Shown: positions 1 through 7,035, counted from the first letter of the stretch. The stretch is DNA of 12,964 nt from Candidatus Omnitrophota bacterium (GCA_043803685.1 JAZDJU010000113.1:1-12964); one strand, 5' to 3'. Notes: generated by a model from the sequence alone, not told the origin. A program made the numbers and translations.

Positions 1-73
1 CTTTCCCTTGCTGGATCTCGACCTCTCGTAATTTAAGAATGATCTCCTCGGGTTGAAGCCTTTTTCTCGCCAT
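1..73 (-). CDS. IS3-family transposase OrfA, N-terminal fragment (partial)
   Basis: Manual translation MARKRLQPEEIILKLREVEIQQGK resembles the typical IS3 OrfA N-terminus (RKR..PEEII.KLRE.E). Confidence 0.85.
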   Translation of the reverse strand, partial: MARKRLQPEEIILKLREVEIQQGK

Positions 74-140
74 CTTTTTGCCCCTTTCTGTTGCCAGAAG
101 TCTATCACAACAACTGGCTCAGTTTTCGGGGGCTAGGTCA
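1..140 (-). mobile_element. IS3-family (IS407-group-like) insertion sequence, left end; continues beyond the window
   Basis: The - strand from 140 reads TGACCTAGCCCCCGAAAACTGAGCCA, matching the TG...CCCC pattern of IS3/IS407-group terminal IRs, followed by SD GAAAGGGG (88-81) and an OrfA-type start at 73. Confidence 0.85.
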
Positions 141-142
141 AA

Positions 143-358
143 GGGGCTCATTTCAAGCCTTCATGTCCCAGCTGTGGGAAGGGAGAGCGCATGTTGTATT
201 ACCTGGTTTATGCGGCTGGGGGGAAGATGCTGCTTCGGGCGGATTGCGGTGCTTGCCGGAAGTCACATTCCTTATTCTTTCCCGGCATCCGCAGGATTTG
301 TGAGCGGTGCGGCTGGGAGGGCGATTTTTTCCTTATATTTCAAAAAAATACGTCTTGA
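143..358 (+). pseudogene. Zn-ribbon-like ORF with three CxxC motifs, probably 5'-truncated by the IS
   Basis: Frame absent from the ORF track: GAHFKPSCPSCGKGERMLYYLVYAAGGKMLLRADCGACRKSHSLFFPGIRRICERCGWEGDFFLIFQKNTS*. It is open from the IS junction; an in-frame TAG lies inside the IS end (134-136) and no start codon precedes the first CxxC. Confidence 0.55.
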
Positions 359-543
359 TCCGGTGCTTTGAGAGCTCTACCGCTTCTCGTTACCTGTACG
401 GATAGGGGGTGTACCGATCCAATTTTCGAAAAAATTCAGTCTTCGTTCCGTTTTGCTCCGATTTTACGTTTAATCTTTTAATCCCGCAATTTCCATAACC
501 CCCGATGTCATTTCAAGTTCCATCCGTTTTTTACCCGCATTTT

Positions 544-587
544 TTGACGTCCTTCCCTTACCCTGTACAATTCTGCGGAATTATACA
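544..587 (+). promoter_or_regulatory. Putative sigma70 promoter overlapped by a palindromic operator-like site
   Basis: TTGACG (544-549), 16-nt spacer, TACAAT (566-571). Dyad TGTACAATTC-tgcg-GAATTATACA (564-587, 9 of 10 pairs) covers the -10. Confidence 0.5.
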
Positions 588-588
588 T

Positions 589-642
589 CCTCCCGACCAC
601 CGTCTCTCTTCTTAGGGAAGTTTCGAGACGGTGGTCGGGAGG
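589..642. other. Candidate origin of transfer (oriT): perfect 18-bp inverted repeat with MOBC-like nic motif
   Basis: CCTCCCGACCACCGTCTC (589-606) pairs with GAGACGGTGGTCGGGAGG (625-642). The arms contain GGTGGTCGGG, similar to the CloDF13 nic GGGTG/GTCGGG as I recall it, and the site lies ~0.8 kb upstream of a MOBC-type relaxase. Confidence 0.6.
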
Positions 643-781
643 TAAAGGTTCGGGAAGGACTTGGATTTGCGGTTGGAGCGGATGGATTTCAGTGGTTGTT
701 GGTTGTTTGGAAGTGTTGTTTTTGAAGTTTGTGTTCTGGGTCGGGAAAGATTTGGTTTGGGATTTAAAGCGTTGTTCTTTG

Positions 782-859
782 GGACTAGAAAAATATTTTC
801 TATTGGGGGAATGTGCAAAAGTGACCGACAGACCCCCCTGTTTTTGCCCAATACTATAG
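782..859 (+). repeat. Direct repeat copy 1 (78 bp); putative activator-dependent promoter of the mobilization operon
   Basis: 782-800 = 8232-8250 (19/19) and 810-859 = 8260-8309 (50/50), 72/78 overall. Contains -10-like TACTAT (852-857) with a poor -35 (CAGACC). Confidence 0.9.
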
Positions 860-932
860 AGAGAAAATTAAAGTGACAAGCCCAGACAATCAACCTGGGA
901 CGATTCCAAGAACCTAGACTGGAGATAAAACC

Positions 933-1349
933 ATGAAACTGCTTGAAACGAGTGAGCCTCGCGGAAGTGGAAAGTCGTTTGTGGGTGTTTTGAAAGGTGT
1001 GTTTGTGGAGTTTGCGTGCTGGATCAGGAAGGGACTGAGTCTTGGGGTGATGCTTTTTCTGGCGTTCACCACTCTTTCTTTTCTGAACCGGGGTGCAGGG
1101 TATCTGGAAGCTTCTTTGGCAAAGACTGAGGTTAGGAAACAGTCCGAAGCGGCCGTGCCGTCGTTCTCGCGGGGAAATGTGAACGTGAGACAGGCATTTG
1201 TCGGTCAGGTGTCGGGGCGTGTTTACCGGCCAGCGGTTATTCCGGAAGCCTACAGTCCGAAAAATACCCGGGATACGCTCAGGGAGTCGGGATATCTGGT
1301 GAACGAACTGGAGTCGTTTGCCAGGACACTTGCGCGTTTCGGACGGTAA
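933..1349 (+). CDS. Hypothetical single-pass membrane protein (138 aa)
   Basis: SD GGAG before ATG; hydrophobic segment GLSLGVMLFLAFTTLSFL; first gene after repeat copy 1. Confidence 0.7.
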   Translation: MKLLETSEPRGSGKSFVGVLKGVFVEFACWIRKGLSLGVMLFLAFTTLSFLNRGAGYLEASLAKTEVRKQSEAAVPSFSRGNVNVRQAFVGQVSGRVYRPAVIPEAYSPKNTRDTLRESGYLVNELESFARTLARFGR

Positions 1350-1353
1350 CGGG

Positions 1354-1428
1354 TCTTCCGGCGTCTGAAGGGGTGATGGTCCTGCGTGTAGCGGGATCAT
1401 GCTCCTTCGGACGGAATATCCCGGAAGG
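1354..1428 (+). promoter_or_regulatory. Long G-U-rich hairpin upstream of the relaxase gene
   Basis: 1362-1385 pairs with 1391-1413 (23 bp, 5 G-U, one bulge, loop GTGTA). Outer CTTCCGG (1355-1361) pairs with CCGGAAG (1421-1427). No U-tract follows. Confidence 0.6.
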
Positions 1429-1444
1429 AACAGTAAAGGGATGA

Positions 1445-2206
1445 ATGAGCATGGAAGATATCACAAAAAACGAAACAGAACAGGGGAAGGCGTCGGAACG
1501 GGCTGCGGGTGCGGAACTGGTGGAACTTCAGGCAAGAGATATTGCGATGTTCCGGTTCATGAACGAGCAGGGGTATTTGGCGCACAGTCACCTCAAGTCC
1601 GCATTTTGGCAGACTTGTTCGGAAGAAGCCGGGGCGTGTCATCACCGGCTTGATAAGCTGGTCGCGGCGGGATATCTGGCCAAAGAGACCGGCGTGAAGA
1701 AAAAACTTTCGGTATATCGTTTGAGAGAAAAAGGGTTCGGCGAACTTCTGCGGCGAGGGTTGCGGAACGGCACGTCTCTTTTTAAATTGAACGGTTATCA
1801 CCGGACGAATATGGATCATGACCTGAAAGTAACGAACCTCCGAATCTTTTTCCGGAGGCACGGTCTTGACGGATGGACGAGTGAACGCGTTTTGAGACAG
1901 CGGGATTACTACCTCCATGTTCCGGACGGGCTTTTAACGGTGTATGAGGAAAGGATCGCGATCGAGCTTGAGAATTCGACGAAGGGACGAAAGCGTTACG
2001 AGGCGCTTTTCAAAAACTACGAGGCGTCGAAGGAGTACAGCCGCGTCTTCATGGTCCTGAATACCGAGATCATGGATTGGGTCATTGATCTTGAATACGA
2101 TCCGGCGAAGATCTGGTTTGTGGAGTATAAGACCCTTTTTCGGGAAGGTGAGAAGGCCATTTTCAGGAACAAAGCGGATACCTTCATCCTCTCCCAGATC
2201 CTATGA
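1445..2206 (+). CDS. Replication-relaxation (Replic_Relax / MOBC-type) relaxase
   Basis: N-terminal wHTH-like region (LQARDIAMF...RLDKLVAAGYL), HDLKV motif, and PD-(D/E)xK-like core VPDGLL...IAIELENSTK..KRY; directly upstream of a coupling protein. The start could be ATG 1451. Confidence 0.85.
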   Translation: MSMEDITKNETEQGKASERAAGAELVELQARDIAMFRFMNEQGYLAHSHLKSAFWQTCSEEAGACHHRLDKLVAAGYLAKETGVKKKLSVYRLREKGFGELLRRGLRNGTSLFKLNGYHRTNMDHDLKVTNLRIFFRRHGLDGWTSERVLRQRDYYLHVPDGLLTVYEERIAIELENSTKGRKRYEALFKNYEASKEYSRVFMVLNTEIMDWVIDLEYDPAKIWFVEYKTLFREGEKAIFRNKADTFILSQIL

Positions 2207-2212
2207 CGTTTC

Positions 2213-4201
2213 ATGGGAAAACCTGAAGGGGACTCGAGACAATCGCTTCTGGTGAAAGTCGTGACCGGGATCTTGATCAATATCCCGCTTACGGTCGCGG
2301 GTCTATTGCTCAAGTGGAGGAACTCTCCCGCGGGGAAAAACGTTCGTGCGTTCGTTCAAAAAAGTTTCGGGAGGATGAAGGAATTTTCCCCTTGGCGGAT
2401 CGTTTGTCTGATCGCAGGAACGGTGATTCTGATAGCGGGGCTCGCGGTCTTGGCGTGGGTGTTCTACAGGGCGGGAAATGTCCCGGAAGTTCGAAAGCCG
2501 CTTTCCGTTCGGTGGATCGTTTTAAAGGGGGCGCTCTACTACCTCTTTTATCTGGCGGCCCTGATGCCTTTTTTCCTGCCGGTGGCTTATTTTGCCTCTG
2601 CGGAGAAAGAACGGTTTTTAAAAGACGCCGGGAAAAAGCGGGAGCCAGAGCTTCTCGTGATGCGAAGAAACCGCCTGAGTTCGGACAAGTCGCGGTCCTA
2701 TCTCGGCGAGAGTTTGAGCGGCGGGGAGGCGGTTTATCTCACCTGCGAACAGCGCTCAATGCATGCCGAGGTTGTGGGCTCGACCGGGACCGGAAAAAGC
2801 GAGTCCGTTCTTTTGCCGCTCTTGGCGCATGACATCAGAAACGGAAGAGGGGCGATCGTGATCGACGGAAAAGGCGACCGCGAGCTTCTGGACCGGATCC
2901 ATTCCATTGTTGTTCGGGCGGATCGTCTCGAGGATTTTTACTTCTTCTCGCTCGCGAAACCTGATAAGTGCAACAGCTACAACCCGCTTCTAAGGGGGAA
3001 CGCTACGGAACTGAAAGACAAGATCATCGGAAGCATGATCTGGAACGAGGAGTTCTACCGGAAGATGGCGGAGCAGGCCATGCTGACGCTTTTAAAAGCT
3101 TTAAAGGAGCGTCCCTGCGAGAAAGGCTCGGACAAGCCTCCCACGATCCTGTTTAGTGAGGTTTACCGGTGTCTGACGGATTTTAAGGCGCTCCAAGAGC
3201 TCGCCAACGCGACTGTGGATCCCGAGACCAAAGGGGACCTCGGGAAAATGCTGGGCCGGTTCGATCAAAACCATAAGTTCCTCTCCGGGCTTATCGCGGA
3301 CCTTTACCTGACGTCCCGCAGCGAATTCTCAAAGCTCGTGGATACTCCTACGCCTGAGATCGATCTTCTAAAAATCTACAAAGGAAACAAGATCGTATAT
3401 TTCCAGCTCAATTTGCAGGGGTACGGAGAAACGGCAAAGCGCATGGGCCGTATGATCTTGCAGGATATCAGGACTGTTTCGGGTTATATCCAGTCCGATA
3501 TGTTGACTTCCGAGCGGCACTTTTTCCCGGTGTTCGTGGACGATGCGTCGAGCTTTCTTGACATCAATTTCATTGATTTCCTGAACAAGGCCCGCGCCGC
3601 AGGGTTCGGGATCATGTTGCTTCACCAGTCGCTCGGGGACCTCGTTGTGCGGCGCGACCCCTCGTTCCAACAACAAGTGATCGAAAATACCAATATCAAG
3701 ATCATTCTGAGGCAGGATGACCCCGATTCCGTGGAGAAACTCACGAAGATCGGAGGGACGAAGAAGACGTTGATCTCCACTTATCAAACGGAGCAGAAAT
3801 TCACCGGCAAGGATTTTACAGGGGTCGGCTCGATCCGCGAGGGGCAGGAATTCCGCATTGAACCGGACCTGATCCGGGGGCTCAAGAGAGGAGAGGCTGT
3901 TGTGATCCTCAAGAGCCCGGAGCTTTACACGGGGCACGTGAAGCTGGATTTCTTCGGGCATCCGTCGTATGTGGGGGATTTTAGGGCCCAGCATCCGCTT
4001 GTTGAGACTGCCGCAAAAAAGGAAGAACCTCCCGCAGCATTGCCGGCGGCGAAGCCTGAGGAAAATACCTCCCATGCTGTTGTGCCAGTCAGCGGCGGAA
4101 CCGAGACACCCCCGGCGACTAAAGAAAAGGAAACCAGAAAAGATCCCACAGGATGGATCAAAACCATGCAGCAGGAGAAAACAGGCGTAAAGTTACCGTA
4201 A
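2213..4201 (+). CDS. virD4: Type IV coupling protein (VirD4/TraD family)
   Basis: N-terminal TM segments; Walker A GSTGTGKS; IVIDGKGD; YNPL; Walker B FVDDAS; KARAAG, HQSLGDL and ENTNIKIILRQDD motifs; Pro/Ala/Glu-rich C-terminal tail. Confidence 0.92.
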   Translation: MGKPEGDSRQSLLVKVVTGILINIPLTVAGLLLKWRNSPAGKNVRAFVQKSFGRMKEFSPWRIVCLIAGTVILIAGLAVLAWVFYRAGNVPEVRKPLSVRWIVLKGALYYLFYLAALMPFFLPVAYFASAEKERFLKDAGKKREPELLVMRRNRLSSDKSRSYLGESLSGGEAVYLTCEQRSMHAEVVGSTGTGKSESVLLPLLAHDIRNGRGAIVIDGKGDRELLDRIHSIVVRADRLEDFYFFSLAKPDKCNSYNPLLRGNATELKDKIIGSMIWNEEFYRKMAEQAMLTLLKALKERPCEKGSDKPPTILFSEVYRCLTDFKALQELANATVDPETKGDLGKMLGRFDQNHKFLSGLIADLYLTSRSEFSKLVDTPTPEIDLLKIYKGNKIVYFQLNLQGYGETAKRMGRMILQDIRTVSGYIQSDMLTSERHFFPVFVDDASSFLDINFIDFLNKARAAGFGIMLLHQSLGDLVVRRDPSFQQQVIENTNIKIILRQDDPDSVEKLTKIGGTKKTLISTYQTEQKFTGKDFTGVGSIREGQEFRIEPDLIRGLKRGEAVVILKSPELYTGHVKLDFFGHPSYVGDFRAQHPLVETAAKKEEPPAALPAAKPEENTSHAVVPVSGGTETPPATKEKETRKDPTGWIKTMQQEKTGVKLP

Positions 4202-4226
4202 ACTGAATTCAGGATTTTAAAACAAT

Positions 4227-4267
4227 GGGGAAGGTCCGGGGCATGGCTCCGGGTCTTCCCCTTTTTT
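4227..4267 (+). terminator. Intrinsic terminator after the coupling protein gene
   Basis: GGGGAAGGTCCGGGGC-atg-GCTCCGGGTCTTCCCC (16 bp with G-U pairs) followed by TTTTTT. Confidence 0.8.
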
Positions 4268-4357
4268 ATTTTTCAGGGCTTTCAAAAAGGAGGTGATGGA
4301 AGAGAGAGGAGCGTTTTTCACGAAGTTCATTTCAAAACCAAAAAGGAGAAAAACAAC

Positions 4358-4858
4358 ATGGAAACTCAAAATACAGCTCAAGACGCGGAACAAGAGATCG
4401 TGGTCCTCGCGGATATTCCGAGATCCAAGAATGACATCTACCGGATCTCGCAAAAGAACTACAAGGGGAACCGTTACCTCGATCTCCGGATCTTTTTCCG
4501 GGCCAAGGACGGCAAGGCCATGTTTTTGCCGAGCGGAAAAGGCGTGTGTTTCGCGGAGAAATTCCGCGAAGCCATTATCGCGGGGCTCATCAAGGCAAGG
4601 ACGGCCCCTCAGGCCGTAAGGACCGAGGGCGTGAGTGTCGCAAGCGTCACGGTTTGCGATATTCCGGCTTCAGAAACCGAGATCTTCCGGATCTCCAAAG
4701 GATGCGGGCAAAGGGCCACGTTCGTGGATATTCGGAAGTTCTATAGCAAGGACGGCACGTATTTCCCGTCCAAGCGAAAGGGAGTCTCGATCCCGGAGTC
4801 CGTGCTGGAAGACGTGATCCTGGGGCTCATGCCCTCCAGCCCGGCGCGCGCCGTGTAA
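4358..4858 (+). CDS. Protein with two tandem PC4/YdbC-like ssDNA-binding domains (166 aa)
   Basis: SD AAAGGAG. Internal repeat DIPRSKNDIYRISQKNYKGNRYLDLRIFF...PSGKGVCF / DIPASETEIFRISKGCGQRATFVDIRKFY...PSKRKGVSI; both halves show the PC4 pattern (Y/F)(L/V)D(L/I)R..(F/Y)...P..KG(V/I). Confidence 0.85.
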   Translation: METQNTAQDAEQEIVVLADIPRSKNDIYRISQKNYKGNRYLDLRIFFRAKDGKAMFLPSGKGVCFAEKFREAIIAGLIKARTAPQAVRTEGVSVASVTVCDIPASETEIFRISKGCGQRATFVDIRKFYSKDGTYFPSKRKGVSIPESVLEDVILGLMPSSPARAV

Positions 4859-4887
4859 GGGGATGACGGATTCAAAAAAATCCAAAA

Positions 4888-4926
4888 GGGGAGACGGTGC
4901 TTAAACGTGCTGTCTCCCTATTTATT
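4888..4926 (+). terminator. Intergenic terminator-like hairpin
   Basis: GGGGAGACGGTGC-ttaaac-GTGCTGTCTCCCT (13 bp with G-U pairs), followed by an AT-rich tract. Confidence 0.55.
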
Positions 4927-4944
4927 TGAAAGGAGGTGAATCCC

Positions 4945-5037
4945 ATGAGGTTGATCGTTCGGAGAAGTGATTTTGAGAAACACGCCGACGTAATCGGCCG
5001 GTTCCAGAAAAACGGCTGGGAGATCGTGGTTCGCTGA
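4945..5037 (+). CDS. 30-aa small protein, below the ORF track cutoff
   Basis: Full SD AAGGAGGTGA, then atccc-ATG; translates as MRLIVRRSDFEKHADVIGRFQKNGWEIVVR*. Confidence 0.65.
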   Translation: MRLIVRRSDFEKHADVIGRFQKNGWEIVVR

Positions 5038-5066
5038 AACGAAAGAAACAAATAAACCAAACGCAA

Positions 5067-5107
5067 AAAAGAGGCGGTATTCCCGTCAAAGGGAGTCCGC
5101 CTCTTTT
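5067..5107 (+). terminator. Intergenic hairpin, bidirectional-terminator-like
   Basis: AAAAGAGGCGG-t-ATTCCC-gtcaaa-GGGAGT-CCGCCTCTTTT. Confidence 0.6.
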
Positions 5108-5132
5108 CGCGTCTAAAAAGGAGGGTGCCACC

Positions 5133-5795
5133 ATGAGACGAAAACTATCGGTTCGAGATTGGCCGGAGACCGAACGGCCTGCGGTAAGAGCGGTTGAGAA
5201 AGGGATCGAAGCATTGTCTGATGCGGAGCTTCTATCCCTCATCCTCAAGAAATGCACCTACGAGCAAACGGAAGTGGGTGTTGCTTTGGATCTTTTGAAT
5301 AAAGCCGGAGGCCTCCGGCAGCTCTTTGATCTCAGGGATGTGCCTGAATATCAGAGGGTTACGCTTCAGGCCGTGAGGGAGATCGGGCGGCGTGTCTTGA
5401 AACAGGGGGTGATCGGGCAAAACTTCGTCCGAAGTCCCCAAGCGGTCACCGATTACCTCACGGCCAGTCTCCGGGACCTTAAGCGAGAGGTCTTTAAGGT
5501 GATCTTTCTCGACAAGGGTTTAAGGATCCTGGGGGAAAAAGACATGTTCTTCGGGACGATCGATGAGGCGGCGGTGCATCCCCGGGAGATTGTCCGCGAA
5601 GCGATTTTTCAAAACGCGGTGAGCCTCGTGTTGGTCCATAACCACCCTTCGGGAAAAGTCGAGCCGAGCCGCGAGGATTACGAGATCACGCAGAAGATCA
5701 AGGCCGCCTGCCAGACGGTTTCGATCCGGATCCTCGATCACATCATCATCGGAGAGAACCAGTACTTCAGTTTCTCGGAACGAAATCAACTTTAA
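5133..5795 (+). CDS. radC: RadC family JAB/MPN-domain protein
   Basis: N-terminus VRDWPETERP...ALSDAELLSLIL; E.F.VIFLD; GTIDEAAVHPREIV; JAB motif HNHPSG...PSREDY...LDHIIIG; SD AAGGAGG. Confidence 0.95.
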   Translation: MRRKLSVRDWPETERPAVRAVEKGIEALSDAELLSLILKKCTYEQTEVGVALDLLNKAGGLRQLFDLRDVPEYQRVTLQAVREIGRRVLKQGVIGQNFVRSPQAVTDYLTASLRDLKREVFKVIFLDKGLRILGEKDMFFGTIDEAAVHPREIVREAIFQNAVSLVLVHNHPSGKVEPSREDYEITQKIKAACQTVSIRILDHIIIGENQYFSFSERNQL

Positions 5796-5809
5796 GAAAG
5801 GAGTCTGCT

Positions 5810-5977
5810 ATGACGCGCAAGGAATTATTAAAGGGACTGTTCCTTCAAATTCAGAACCTTCGAGAACGTATCTCCGTCGCGGATGAGGAATGCCCAGCGG
5901 GTGAGGATGAAAGCGAACTTCATCGTCTTGAAGAAAGGCTCGAGATGCTGACCGACGGGATGTGTGGCAGAAGATGA
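5810..5977 (+). CDS. 55-aa hypothetical helical-hairpin protein, not in the ORF track
   Basis: SD AAAGGAG just after the radC stop; MTRKELLKGLFLQIQNLRERISVADEECPAGEDESELHRLEERLEMLTDGMCGRR*. Confidence 0.7.
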   Translation: MTRKELLKGLFLQIQNLRERISVADEECPAGEDESELHRLEERLEMLTDGMCGRR

Positions 5978-5983
5978 CGAGTT

Positions 5984-6012
5984 GGGAGGCGGGGATTTTA
6001 TTCCCGCCTCCC
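5984..6012 (+). other. Intergenic GC-rich hairpin
   Basis: GGGAGGCGGGGAT-ttt-ATTCCCGCCTCCC (13 bp, one G-U); no U-tract. Confidence 0.6.
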
Positions 6013-6055
6013 GTGATTCCACTTGAACGAAATAAAAAACAGAAAGGGAAGGGTT

Positions 6056-6661
6056 ATGAACCTTAAGGAATGGATGAAACAATTTGAAGGGCAATTTGAT
6101 GACAGGGCGCTTGGCTATATGACCGTTCACAAAGCGAATATCGTTGCACAATTACAGGATTCGGAGACGCGGGAGATCCACCTGCACCAGCTGGAATATA
6201 AGGCAAAGAATGCTTATGACCTGCGTGTCGAAGGGACCAAAAGCTCCAGGGGAAAAAACGTCATGCGGGATGGGGGAGAAACCATTCGCGATTTTTTCAA
6301 GGATGTCGAGATGATCTTTGAATATTCGAGAAAACAGGCGCTTGAGGACGGAGTTCTTGTTGACATGTCTGCGGCCGCGAGGGAAGCGGGTATCCGTTAT
6401 CCGGTAGCCGTCACCCAGGCAGTGTTCACCATTTTGAACGATACCAGGGTTTCCGGCCAGGATCTGAGCGGTCGAACGTGGGATATGCTTATGATCTTCA
6501 GAACGCATATTCGTGCGGCTTCGGGGGATGAGATCCATTTCGCGCCGCTATTTTTAATGGAGGACGGCGCTAAACCCGAGCCTGTTCCGATGTGGGCGAA
6601 ATGCGGGCCGGGTGATACGGCAGATCCCGTGATCACCATCCTGCTGGAAAACCAAGATTGA
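6056..6661 (+). CDS. DUF6573-like mobile-element protein with an N-terminal extension
   Basis: Start moved to ATG 6056 (purine-rich SD). The C-terminal ~125 aa carry YSRKQALEDGVLVD..AREAG..PVAVT..GQD..GR.WD.L..CGPGD..PVITILL, a pattern I recall as DUF6573. Confidence 0.75.
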   Translation: MNLKEWMKQFEGQFDDRALGYMTVHKANIVAQLQDSETREIHLHQLEYKAKNAYDLRVEGTKSSRGKNVMRDGGETIRDFFKDVEMIFEYSRKQALEDGVLVDMSAAAREAGIRYPVAVTQAVFTILNDTRVSGQDLSGRTWDMLMIFRTHIRAASGDEIHFAPLFLMEDGAKPEPVPMWAKCGPGDTADPVITILLENQD

Positions 6662-6677
6662 AAGGAGAGATAAACCC

Positions 6678-7016
6678 ATGATCCATGCGTTCTTAAAAGA
6701 AGAACTGAAAGCGATGCTTCGGTTTCACAAGCGGGTTTTGCTTGCGATCCTGAAGGCGTTGGGTGCGTGTCTCCGTTACGGGTTATGGCTTCTACCGTGG
6801 ATCTTTTTCGCGGCCACCGTGTGGAAGCCTTTGGCCTCAGGCTGGGAAGTTCTTACCCGAGATCCTCCCTCGTCCCAGGCGATGCCGTTTTATCCGTTGT
6901 TTTATGGGGGCATGGCGGAGTCCAAAAAATCCATGGACCTGGAAACGATCCAAAACAAGATCGATTCCGGCATGAGGACTGTCGAAAGGATATCAAGACA
7001 GCTAAAGCAGAAGTAA
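6678..7016 (+). CDS. Hypothetical single-pass membrane protein (112 aa)
   Basis: SD AAAGGAG; hydrophobic segment YGLWLLPWIFFAATVW; followed by a terminator. Confidence 0.75.
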   Translation: MIHAFLKEELKAMLRFHKRVLLAILKALGACLRYGLWLLPWIFFAATVWKPLASGWEVLTRDPPSSQAMPFYPLFYGGMAESKKSMDLETIQNKIDSGMRTVERISRQLKQK

Positions 7017-7035
7017 GTAACAGTGATCGAAAAAC

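Noticed and set aside
78..371. ORF-track ORFs 78-371 and 91-303
   Set aside because: They start inside the IS end and lack motifs; the third frame with CxxC motifs is more plausible.
404..412. GGGGGTGT resembling the F-type nic sequence
   Set aside because: Only a short match, no adjacent inverted repeat, and the relaxase here is not MOBF.
661..876. 71-aa ORF sharing MCKSDRQTPLFLPNTI with ORF 8261
   Set aside because: The shared peptide is just a translation of the non-coding direct repeat; the pilin start at 8402 has a clear SD.
4293..4619. 108-aa ORF overlapping the PC4 gene
   Set aside because: Its start overlaps the SD-like sequence itself, and it is an alternate frame of a well-supported gene.
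4891..4899. GAGACGGTG shared with the oriT arm (625-633)
   Set aside because: A 9-mer match is expected by chance in 13 kb and it lacks the GTCGGG half of the nic motif.
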